From assembly GCA_963736855.1 (NCBI GenBank), contig CAVTQK010000015.1, positions 640,001-704,000 of the forward strand: a stretch of DNA of 64,000 nucleotides, read 5' to 3'. The position numbers were made by a program, and so were the translations under genes. Shown here piece by piece: positions 19,907 to 29,037 of the stretch; position 1 is the stretch's first letter, and every line of letters starts with the position of its first letter. The notes beneath the pieces are model-generated. The model had not been told where the DNA came from. It saw nothing but the letters and a program-made list of their open reading frames with translations, and did not search any database. This stretch comes from an uncultured delta proteobacterium. GTDB lineage: Bacteria > Desulfobacterota > Desulfobacteria > Desulfobacterales > UBA2156.

Positions 19907-21457
19907 GTTTTCTTTGGACCCTTTTCCTGGAGTTCTTTGGGAATGGCGATGACAGGCACGAAAGTCAAAACGGGGATTCCCAGATACCGCTTGACTTCAT
20001 CTTCGGTGGAAATGGAGCGGTCGAAAGATTCCACCGCAAAGCTGGATCCGATCCCGATGATCAGCCCGAATATGACCCCCAATAAGAGGTTCAAAGTCTT
20101 TTTGGGTTTCACGGGATTGACGGGTACTATTGCCTTCTCGGCGATCCGGATGCTGGAGACATCGAAGTTCCCGGAAATATCGGCTTCTTTTAAACGTGCC
20201 AGAAGGACGTCATAGAGCTTCTGGTTCATTTCCACGTTTCTCTTGAGTATGTTGTACTGAAACTCTTTCTTGTTGATATCCATGGATTCTTTCTGAAAAT
20301 CGTTGACGGTCTCCTGGAGGACTTGCTCTTTGGCCAAAAGGACCGAGCGCTCCGCCTTCAGGTTATTCAGCTCCTTGCTGATTTCCATATTCAGCTTATT
20401 GCGGACGTTGCTGATCTGGGTCTGGGCCTGGATGATATTTGGATGCTTGGGCTTGAATGTTTTTTCCAGGCCGGACAATTCTACTTCAAGATTCACGAGT
20501 TGGGCGTAGAGGTCGGTGATGAGTTTGTTTTCGATCAGGGATCTCAGGTTGGGGATCCCCTTGTCGGATTTTAGCGCATCATTGATCTTGGCAAGTTTGG
20601 AGTCCAGTTCGAGGCGGCGGTTTCTGGCCTCGATATAGGTTTTGGTCAGTTCCGAGACTTTTTGGATCGTCATCCGCTGGCTTTCCTCCATGGAAATGAG
20701 CTTTTCCTGCTGCTTGTAGGCAGAAAACCCTTTCTCCGCATCCTCCAGGTTCTTTTTCACTTCGTAAAGGTTGTTGGTCAGATAAGAAATGGTGTTCTGG
20801 GAGGTTTTCAGACGGGTGTCGATGTTGTAATCGATATAGCTTTGGGCCACTGAATTGGCAATCTCGGCAGACATGTCAGGCGATGCGGAAAGGGCGTCGA
20901 TCTTTACCAGCCGGGTATCTTGAACGTGTTCCACCTTGATCACATACTTTTTAAGGGTTGCGATCAGCTCGTTGATTTTTTCCTCCGTGGGGAAGCAATT
21001 CTTTTTTTTCTCTTCCGGCGATCTTTGAAAAAAGCAGACTGATATTGGAAATCACATTGGAAAAAAGGGTTTGAAACGGGGAGAGGGGAAGAAGTCTTTT
21101 ATCTTTTTCCAAATCCATTTCGTCCAGGCGGAGGCCTTTCACGACCTTCTCAAGGACGGGTCTGGAGGTGATGAGTTCAAAGTGGGAAAAGAAGGTCAGC
21201 GATTCCGACTGGGTGCTTTCATAATCCATCCGCTCGGAGGTGATGAGAGACTTCGGGGTTTCCTTGTCGATGATGAGGGTAGCCGATCCTTGAAAGACAG
21301 GCGTGGCGACGGCATTGTAAAAGAGAATCAGTCCCACCATGATCCCCAGAGACGCCAGTATCAACCATTTGTGGCGACGGATGATGTGGTAGTATTCTAC
21401 AAGATCGATGGTTTCTTCTGTTTCTTGCGGGGCTATTTTTTGAATTGAATTTTCCAT
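19894..21457 (-). CDS. GumC/Wzc-type polysaccharide co-polymerase, frameshifted near 20980
   Basis: IDLVEYYHIIRRHKW plus TM1; coiled coil with PKHP; PVKPKK plus TM2 and DRSI. Confidence 0.85.
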
Positions 21458-21481
21458 GATATATCTTTTTAGCTTAATTGA

Positions 21482-22438
21482 TCACAACCATGCTTCGGGA
21501 ATGTGGATCCGGTCGCCGGGTTTTAATTCCGCATCCGAAATTTTTCCTTTGATGACCGAATCGAGGTTGATTTTGATCACCTCCACCTCTGTTTCCTTCT
21601 GGCGGACGATCTGGGCACGGTTGGGGGCGGCAAAACGGCTGAAACCTCCGGCCCGGATGCAGGCGCTGAGGGCCGTCATGCCCTGTTGATACTCGTAGAT
21701 GCCCGGATTTTTCACTTCGCCGTCCACATAGATCTTCGATTCCGCGATGTTAAACGATTCCTTACTGGGGATATAGACGACATCGCCGGGATTCAAAACG
21801 GGATTTGCCGTCATGTCTCCCTTATCCAGAAGCCGGATCAGATCCACCTTGATCGGTTCGATCGTCGGATCTTCGGAGGGATTGGAGGAATGGCGCATAA
21901 TATAGGCGGTGTTTCCCCTTTCCGGCAGGGCACCTTCGGCTTTTGCAATCAGCTCCAGCAAGGAGGCATCGCTGGTGGTCTTGTAAAGGCCGGGCTTTCT
22001 GACCGCGCCGGAGATATAATAATGGAGGCTGTTGTATTCCTTGATACGCACCGACACCTCAGGATCGACAAAAAAATCCCTGGCAAGGATCTTGGCCATT
22101 TCCTGTTGCAATTGGTCGGTGGTGAGTCCCTTGGTGCTGAAATCCCCGATGAAAGGGGCGTTGATCTTTCCGGAAACCGAAACGGTCAAATCCGATTCGT
22201 GCTGTTTTTGCCCCCCGGCATAAATGATGATGGTCAGGACGTCGTTAGGACCTATGAGGTATGGCTTTTCCTGTGCTCCGGCAATAAAGACGGGGAGCAA
22301 AGCGCAAATGAGCAACGTATAAACCAATAGCCCCCGGATTCCCCGGTCTTTTAATTTAGACATGAAACTTCGCCGGAAAACATGGAATTTTAAACCATGA
22401 GTAACAAATGTATGACAGGTCTTTAAATAGCGTATCAA
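21482..22438 (-). CDS. Polysaccharide export protein (Wza/OPX family with SLBB domains); start may be 22363
   Basis: YLIGPNDVL, G.INAPFIG, GAVRKPG, GEVKNPG and LKPGD. Confidence 0.9.
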   Translation of the reverse strand: MIRYLKTCHTFVTHGLKFHVFRRSFMSKLKDRGIRGLLVYTLLICALLPVFIAGAQEKPYLIGPNDVLTIIIYAGGQKQHESDLTVSVSGKINAPFIGDFSTKGLTTDQLQQEMAKILARDFFVDPEVSVRIKEYNSLHYYISGAVRKPGLYKTTSDASLLELIAKAEGALPERGNTAYIMRHSSNPSEDPTIEPIKVDLIRLLDKGDMTANPVLNPGDVVYIPSKESFNIAESKIYVDGEVKNPGIYEYQQGMTALSACIRAGGFSRFAAPNRAQIVRQKETEVEVIKINLDSVIKGKISDAELKPGDRIHIPEAWL

Positions 22439-22441
22439 ACG

Positions 22442-23758
22442 TCAACGATAATAGGAGGCTTCTTCGCTGAAATCCGCCCGACTTCCGATGTCGTAGTCGA
22501 AATTAAACCGAATCTGGGCATAATTGTTTTCGTAATCAAAACCGTCCAGGTTGGAATCCTGGGTTTTCTTGCCAACGGTCAAGGACACACCCATGCGCTT
22601 GGTGATGAGATACTCCAGTATCCCCTGAATATCCGTCACCTTGTCATTACGGTATTCGGTGGCTCCTTCAGGAGTCAGGCCTTCCCAGTATTTGTAGTCG
22701 TTTTCCTGGTAATAGCCGCGGATCGTCGCCAAAATCTTTTCGACAAAGACATGCCCGGCGCTGGCCGTAAAACGATTGGCGGTATACAGATCATAATAAT
22801 TGCCCACGTTGTTGAAGTTTCTTTCATAAGCCGCATAGATGTGGCTTTTGGAGCGCAGGTAAGTCCGACCCAGATATCGCGGCCCTTCTTCCGGAGGCGG
22901 ATTCTGCAAGGTGGCCGAAACTTTATAAGAGATCAGGTCTTCATCGGGAATGGTGGAGTCGTCGAAATCCCGGTTATGAAACCCGATTCCGCCTTCAACA
23001 GAAAGATAGTTGAACCGTTTTTCGGCGGTCAGGCGCAGCCAGTCTGAAGTATATTTTTGATTTTCCAGGTCATCCGGTTCGTCATAGGTCCATCGCTGAT
23101 AATCCAGGTCCAGGGTGACGGTTCTCGTCGGGCTGTAAATAAGGTCGACGATACCACGGTGCTCGATGTAGTCGTCATCGTCGGAATCGTAATAATCCAC
23201 ATCGGTACGCCGATATCGTACACCGGCCGTCAATTGCTCGGTGATATCGAAGTAAATGAGGGGTTCGAAGCGGTTGATCCAATATTTTTCCCGTTCGACG
23301 CTGTTTGAAAACTGATCCGATTCCTGGGGACGTCGGGTGATGTAAAATGAATCTTTCAGGCCGACTTTTAAGCGTTCCACCGGCTGATAGACCAAATCTA
23401 AAAGGGCGAGCGGCCCCACGTAATTTTCATCACTGGCTGCTGTAGAACCTTCCGGGACATCGGTTTTATCCTCATAAAAGTAGGCTTCCAAAATGAGGGT
23501 GACATCGGCCTTGAGCTTGGGAGTCTCCATGCCCAACAACACGCCCGGCTCCAGCAGTAACGTATAGACCTCCCGTTCATTCTCTTCGGCATAATAAAAA
23601 TTGCTGTCATAACGCCCGGAAATAGAGAACATGGGTTTAATTTTAAACTTGGCATCTGCGAAAAGAAGGCCGGGAAGGGCCAATACAAACGCACATAACG
23701 GTATCACCACCCAGAAAAACCTGGCCATGCCTTGTTTTTGTTTCAATCGTCTCATCAA
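22442..23758 (-). CDS. Outer-membrane beta-barrel protein associated with polysaccharide export
   Basis: Signal peptide, YDSN motif, alternating aromatic strands; lies upstream of the OPX gene. Confidence 0.7.
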   Translation of the reverse strand: MMRRLKQKQGMARFFWVVIPLCAFVLALPGLLFADAKFKIKPMFSISGRYDSNFYYAEENEREVYTLLLEPGVLLGMETPKLKADVTLILEAYFYEDKTDVPEGSTAASDENYVGPLALLDLVYQPVERLKVGLKDSFYITRRPQESDQFSNSVEREKYWINRFEPLIYFDITEQLTAGVRYRRTDVDYYDSDDDDYIEHRGIVDLIYSPTRTVTLDLDYQRWTYDEPDDLENQKYTSDWLRLTAEKRFNYLSVEGGIGFHNRDFDDSTIPDEDLISYKVSATLQNPPPEEGPRYLGRTYLRSKSHIYAAYERNFNNVGNYYDLYTANRFTASAGHVFVEKILATIRGYYQENDYKYWEGLTPEGATEYRNDKVTDIQGILEYLITKRMGVSLTVGKKTQDSNLDGFDYENNYAQIRFNFDYDIGSRADFSEEASYYR

Positions 23759-23814
23759 TATCCCTCCTCAGGTTTCAAAGGGCGGAGTCAGGGGGAAACA
23801 GCCCAATGAAAAGG

Positions 23815-23860
23815 ACAAAATAGATGGCCGGCGCACTCAAAATTCATGCCGGCCATTTTT
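23815..23860 (-). terminator. Probable intrinsic terminator
   Basis: 9-bp stem ATGGCCGGC/GCCGGCCAT with T-rich tails on both strands. Confidence 0.45.
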
Positions 23861-24014
23861 GATGGCTTCGTAAAAAGTCCATCTGCTGCGTTGCACTGCA
23901 TCCTTCGTCATTGCGGCGTACCCATATGTATGCCTCATTCCTCAGGATTTGCGCGCCTTGCATCTGAAGCTTTTTACTTTGCCATCCTAATTTTGACTTT
24001 TTACAATTTCATCA
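23860..24014. mobile_element. MITE-like element, core type A (155 bp)
   Basis: TGATGGCTTCGTAAAAAGT...ACTTTTTACAATTTCATCA; TTTT on both flanks; four near-identical copies in the window. Confidence 0.85.
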
Positions 24015-24040
24015 TTTTTCAGGGTCATTAAAATTCTAAC

Positions 24041-24775
24041 TTACTTAATCGGACTTATATCTTGAGGTTTTTGTTTAAAATGGTCTTCCGGTGGATTTCC
24101 CTGAAGTTGCAGCAGCTCGGGTCTAAAAGGTTCTTCAAAGGCCTCCACTAAATTTTTCGGTCCGATGAGCGAGACCACGAGTTTCGTGATATTGCCCGAT
24201 AGTTTGTCACTGACATTGCAAATCTGTCCGTGTATAATGCTCGGAACCGGAAACTGCCCATTGGGAACCGACCAGTTGCCTTCCGCGAATCCCAGGCCGC
24301 TTTTAATTAATTCTTTATGTAGTAACTGAAACGGTTTATTTCCGGATGTATCCGTCCACTCATAAAAATCTTTTCCGATAAACTGTCTGAAATCCACACA
24401 GTCCAAAAGTCGCATCTGTTCGTCGAAAATATAATAGGTCAAGGCCACATTCCCCCAGTTCACCCGGACCGACTGGTTAAACTGGTAAATCTGCTGAAGC
24501 TTCCATTCCAGCGGCTGATTTTGTTTGTTGATCGATTCCACTACCGCTAAAAATTGGTTCACTGCGTCTCTCATGGCCTTTGCGTATGAAGGAATCTCTT
24601 TCTTGGGAGAGTCCGCATCTTTTTTTGCCAGAAACAGAGGTGCTTTTTCACCGATCCAGGATGGGTTTAAAGGCATTCCCCTGTCCCCCGCGAGAGTCGG
24701 CACGGCGGCAAATGTCCATACGCAACAAAGGATAAAAAATCCCGCGATTCCTATTAGTTGAATTCGTCTTTTCAT
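24041..24775 (-). CDS. Exported hypothetical protein, possible Cache-like domain
   Basis: GGAGG RBS and signal peptide; YYIFD...IGKDFYEWTDTSGNKPFQ...G.GFAEGNW resembles a single-Cache pattern. Confidence 0.55.
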   Translation of the reverse strand: MKRRIQLIGIAGFFILCCVWTFAAVPTLAGDRGMPLNPSWIGEKAPLFLAKKDADSPKKEIPSYAKAMRDAVNQFLAVVESINKQNQPLEWKLQQIYQFNQSVRVNWGNVALTYYIFDEQMRLLDCVDFRQFIGKDFYEWTDTSGNKPFQLLHKELIKSGLGFAEGNWSVPNGQFPVPSIIHGQICNVSDKLSGNITKLVVSLIGPKNLVEAFEEPFRPELLQLQGNPPEDHFKQKPQDISPIK

Positions 24776-25068
24776 AGTGCGTCCTCCTTGTTTATGGGGT
24801 TTCCTAAAGTCTTCCAGCATTGCAGGTCGATTCAGGCACACCCGATAAGGCTTGCAATCTGAAGTAAATTGTAGTTAAAAATAGTTGTATTTCTTTAAAA
24901 AGTCAACATTTAATTTTCCGAAAAAAATCGAACTTATTTTGCAGATGTTGGGGCTAAGGTTGATTCAAAAAATCGGCCCTGTTTCCTCTGAAAAGATATT
25001 TCGGGTCGCATCGGGCTTGCTTTTCAGGATAACACACGCCCAAAGGCCGCTGTGAAAGGATTTTTTCC

Positions 25069-25695
25069 ATGAATGATTCTCATCCACAAAGACGAAATCG
25101 GCTGCTTTTTGCCGGATTGTTTTGGGTCATATCATCGGTTTGGGTTATGGGATGTGCGGATCGGAAAATTGAAGGTGCCGTGGTGGCAACCATCAATGAG
25201 TACAGGCTCACGATAAACGAGTTTGAAACCCAACTGGCCCAGGAACTTGAGATGGACCCGGAATTTAAGCTGACTCAGGAAGCAAAGGAATCCTTTTTAA
25301 ATCAATTGGTTCGAAAGGAGCTTCTCATACAGGAAGCCATGAAGATGAAGCTGGATCGACGGGACCGGTTCATTCGGGCCATCGAAAGGTATTGGCAATC
25401 CACCCTCATCCGTGACCTTTTAGAGCTGAAAGGTGAGGAAATCGAGCGGCAGACATATATTTCCGAAGAGGAGATCGCCGATCGGTATCATCGTATGAAA
25501 GCCGAAGATGAAAACCTCCCTCCAGTGGAAGCATTGCGACAAGAAATCACCCGAAGGCTTAAAGAAGAAAAAAAGACCGAGAAACTGAAGTTATGGATCG
25601 ATGCTTTACAAAAACAAGCAAAAATTGAGATCAGCCGCGAATTGCTTCACGAAAAAAAAATAGAGGATGTGCCGTTTAAACCGAAAGCATCATGA
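25069..25695 (+). CDS. SurA N-terminal-domain lipoprotein (chaperone-like)
   Basis: Lipobox VMGC; VVATIN, LNQLVRKELLIQEA and L.KQAKIEI. Confidence 0.75.
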   Translation: MNDSHPQRRNRLLFAGLFWVISSVWVMGCADRKIEGAVVATINEYRLTINEFETQLAQELEMDPEFKLTQEAKESFLNQLVRKELLIQEAMKMKLDRRDRFIRAIERYWQSTLIRDLLELKGEEIERQTYISEEEIADRYHRMKAEDENLPPVEALRQEITRRLKEEKKTEKLKLWIDALQKQAKIEISRELLHEKKIEDVPFKPKAS

Positions 25696-25817
25696 GATTC
25701 AGGCTATTAAGAACCCCAAAAAAATCGGACCAGGCGCCTTGTTTGAAATCAGCGGTTTTTGAAAACGGGAAAGCCGGGATTTCCGGCTGTGGATAAAGAG
25801 GATCAAAGGAGTATTCC

Positions 25818-26378
25818 ATGACTCAGGATAAATCATACAAAAGGCGGAATGTTTTTATCAAAAAAAGCTACCAGTTTTATTTTATTCTGAAGTTTTGCCT
25901 GATCATCCTTTTAGGGAGTGTCATATCTACCGCGCTGGTCATTCTTTTATCGCGAGGCACGGTGACAACATCCTTTGAAAACGGGCGACTGATGGTCAAA
26001 AACACGGCCATGGCTATTCTTCCCACGGTGATTTTGACTAATGCCGTTACGGTTGCCATCGTTTTGGTGATTGCCGTGCTGACGGTACTCTATATCTCCC
26101 ATAAAATCGCGGGGCCCATGTTTCGTTTTGAAAAGGAACTGGGTGCTATCGCGCAAGGGAATTTAACCCTGCGGATTTCCCTTCGAAAAAAGGACCAATT
26201 CGTCGCCCTTTCCACCGCCTTCAACGATATGACGGACAGTCTGCGCGGCAAGGTTCTTGCTGTGGAGTCGGAGATCCTCCAGTTCCAGGAGCTGGCAAAG
26301 CAACGTGATTTGCCGGAAGATATTGCCGCGTCCTTGATGAATCTCCAGAGTTTGGTCCGCAAATATTTCAAGATCTGA
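25818..26378 (+). CDS. Two-TM HAMP-domain membrane protein
   Basis: SHKIAGPMFR...IAQGNLT..LRKKDQF..L..AFNDM. Confidence 0.8.
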   Translation: MTQDKSYKRRNVFIKKSYQFYFILKFCLIILLGSVISTALVILLSRGTVTTSFENGRLMVKNTAMAILPTVILTNAVTVAIVLVIAVLTVLYISHKIAGPMFRFEKELGAIAQGNLTLRISLRKKDQFVALSTAFNDMTDSLRGKVLAVESEILQFQELAKQRDLPEDIAASLMNLQSLVRKYFKI

Positions 26379-26387
26379 GCTCTTGTC

Positions 26388-27065
26388 ATGATCAGCAATT
26401 GGCTTGCACGGATTTTTTTAACCGGGCTATTTCTTTTTTGCTCGGGCAGGCCGGATGTTTTTATTACGCACAACGCGGACGAGCCATCCCTAGAAAAAAT
26501 CCCCTTTTCGATTTCCGCTCCGAAAAATCTTCCGGAAAAAAAACAGGAGGAAAGCCCCTGGACTCGACTGGAGACCCGATATATGATTATCCAATTCGAA
26601 AAAATTGAGGATTTGAAAAAATTTGATCGAAAGGTGGATTTCTTACCGTCCGACTTCTCCTTAAAAAGCTTTCTTTCGGAAACCGCATCTCAGGAATTAG
26701 AAGGTAAAATCCGGGAAAAAATCGATGCCCTATACGAACGGGTCCAGGAGATCCTGGACATGCTCAAAAAAAGCGAAAAAAAAGTGTCCATCAATCTATA
26801 TCCCGGCAAAAAAATGCTGGCTCAAGCCTATAAGAAGATTTTCGGCGCTGAACTGAATATTCGGGCATGGTATTTATATGAAATTAACACCATTTTCATC
26901 AACATCGATGATATTGATGAAAGGATGCTGGCCCATGAAATGGCCCATGCCATTATTGACAATTACATGACGACACGTGCTCCCAGAGCCACCGCTGAGA
27001 TCCTTGCCATATATGTAGACACCCACCTTTTCAAGAAAACCAAAAAGTACGGCCCCTCTGAGTGA
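26388..27065 (+). CDS. Exported hypothetical protein with HEXXH motif
   Basis: Hydrophobic N-terminus; LAHEMAH with a downstream E (AEILA). Confidence 0.6.
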   Translation: MISNWLARIFLTGLFLFCSGRPDVFITHNADEPSLEKIPFSISAPKNLPEKKQEESPWTRLETRYMIIQFEKIEDLKKFDRKVDFLPSDFSLKSFLSETASQELEGKIREKIDALYERVQEILDMLKKSEKKVSINLYPGKKMLAQAYKKIFGAELNIRAWYLYEINTIFINIDDIDERMLAHEMAHAIIDNYMTTRAPRATAEILAIYVDTHLFKKTKKYGPSE

Positions 27066-27114
27066 AAGGGGCCGTTAAAAAGTGGTGCGGATCATTCACG
27101 ATCCGTGTTTGACT

Positions 27115-28593
27115 TTACTTGCCGGCGATCAGCGTATAAGCGGATGCTTGATAGTAAGGGTCTTCTATGAGGTCGGTCCAGAGAAGGGCCTTTTCAAATT
27201 GCCGGGTATCGGCATACCAAGAGGAAATCCGGAAAAACGCCCGGTTCCTGAATTGGTCATCTTTAATTCCTCGAGCGATGGCAAGTGCTTTTTCATGGTT
27301 ACCCAACTTTTCGTATACCGGTGAAATTTCGGCCATGGCACTGAAGCGCTGGTAATCCACCGGAATCTCTCCGGACAATTTATCGGCTTGATCCAGAAGT
27401 TGTTGAGCCTGTTCCCTCTTTCCGGATTTCAGATAAATGTCTGCCACCCGTGTTGCGGCAGAAGCCTTGTAATAACTATCCTGAATAGTGCCGATGACCT
27501 CTATGGCCTTTTCGAATTCTCCGTTTTCAGCGTAACGGCCCGCGATTCTTTCCAGGGCGTCATCCTTATTATAAATGTTTTCGATTGTCTGGGCGACTTC
27601 CACCGCCTTCTGCTGCTGGGCGGCATCGGCATATCCCCAGGCGACCCGGTCCAGAGCGGAGGTTTTTACAGACTCGTCCTGGATGGAGCGCGCTACCTCG
27701 GCCGACGAGGCCAGAACCTGGCGGGCGATGTCTTTTTTTCCTTGGTTCCAGGCTGTAAGGCTGATCCGGGATAGGGTAAAAGTCCGGGTGTAGGGATTTT
27801 CGATCGTGTTGGCGATCTCAATGGCTTTTTCATAATCTCCTAAGGAGGTGTAGAGCTGGGTTATCCGATCCGGTCCGGCGGCCTTGGTGATAGCGACATC
27901 GATGTTCTTGACGATCTCAAAGGCTTTATCGTACTGGCCGTCTTCGGCAAGAATGCTGGCGATCATGTCCATGATGGTGATTTGTTTCTCTGCGTCATCG
28001 ATATTTTCGGCTACGGAATAAGCCTCTGAAAGGACTTCCCCGGCTTTGGTTTTTTTCCCCAGTTTGAAGAAATGATGCCCGATAACCGTCAGATCAAAGG
28101 CTTTCATGCCTTTGTTTTCGACTTTATTGGCAAATGTGTAGGCTTCTTGAAGAGTTTCCGAAGCCTTTTCAGTCTCATTGATCTCGGAGTAGGTTTCCGA
28201 GAGCAGGGTCATCAGATAAGTTTTTTTATGGGGGTCTTCGATCTTTTGAATGGGGTCCTTAGATCCGGCAAGCAAAAGTAGCCCGGTTTCCTTTCGCTGG
28301 CTGTTCCACGCAATTTCCCCGGTACGGGAAAATGCATAGGTCTGTATCACGGGATCTTCAATCTGTGCGGCGACCTTGGCCGCATCTTCATACATGCCGA
28401 TCTGTGCATAGACGACGGCGATGTCTTCTTGAGCCGAAGATTTATAATAGGGATTCTCAATGATTTTGGCAGCTTTAAGGGAGCGGGATAAAATAGCCGA
28501 GTCATTTTTCTTGCCGTCGATAATCATGGGCGCAGCACATCCCACGGTCAGTACCAAGGTGAGGAATATCGGAAAGAAAAGGGATCGACGCAT
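27115..28593 (-). CDS. Helical-repeat (TPR-like) lipoprotein
   Basis: Lipobox TVGC; repeated A..I(E/Q)(D/N)P.. units. Confidence 0.8.
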   Translation of the reverse strand: MRRSLFFPIFLTLVLTVGCAAPMIIDGKKNDSAILSRSLKAAKIIENPYYKSSAQEDIAVVYAQIGMYEDAAKVAAQIEDPVIQTYAFSRTGEIAWNSQRKETGLLLLAGSKDPIQKIEDPHKKTYLMTLLSETYSEINETEKASETLQEAYTFANKVENKGMKAFDLTVIGHHFFKLGKKTKAGEVLSEAYSVAENIDDAEKQITIMDMIASILAEDGQYDKAFEIVKNIDVAITKAAGPDRITQLYTSLGDYEKAIEIANTIENPYTRTFTLSRISLTAWNQGKKDIARQVLASSAEVARSIQDESVKTSALDRVAWGYADAAQQQKAVEVAQTIENIYNKDDALERIAGRYAENGEFEKAIEVIGTIQDSYYKASAATRVADIYLKSGKREQAQQLLDQADKLSGEIPVDYQRFSAMAEISPVYEKLGNHEKALAIARGIKDDQFRNRAFFRISSWYADTRQFEKALLWTDLIEDPYYQASAYTLIAGK

Positions 28594-28644
28594 GGTGCTT
28601 CTCCTTCTAATACGGGTAAAGGAAACAGGCCGATAAATAAATTA

Positions 28645-28673
28645 AAAGTAGCCGAAATTTCCCTCTTTGTCAA
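28645..28673 (-). promoter_or_regulatory. Putative sigma70 promoter for 27115..28593
   Basis: TTGACA-17-TACTTT on the minus strand. Confidence 0.5.
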
Positions 28674-28684
28674 CGCGTTAAATT

Positions 28685-28839
28685 GGATGGCTTCGTAAAA
28701 AGTCCATCTGCTGCGTTGCACTGCATCCTTCGTTATTGCGGCGTACCCACATGTACGCCTCATTCCTCAGGATTTGCGCGCCTTGCATCTGAAGCTTTTT
28801 ACTTTACCATCCTAATTTTGAGTTTTTACGATTTCATCA
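28685..28839. mobile_element. MITE-like element, core type A
   Basis: Copy of 23860-24014; AATT on both flanks. Confidence 0.85.
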
Positions 28840-29037
28840 AATTGGATATGAAGCGGATAAATTCTTTTTTTTCGGAAAGCCGTATTAGTATGGACCGGCA
28901 GGCCATAGACTTTGAAAAAACAAAAGGTGAATCCGGGACATGGATTTGGGTGTTGATTTTTTAAGCATATCGGTTCAAAGAATAGATTCGGATTTGGATT
29001 CGGATGGTCTTGACTTCTAAGGCATAAAGGAGGGGCT

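Noticed and set aside
23846..24031. Short ORFs containing DGFVKSPSAALHCILR (also at 28683 and 47840, and antisense at 28548)
   Set aside because: Translations of the type A MITE, not genes
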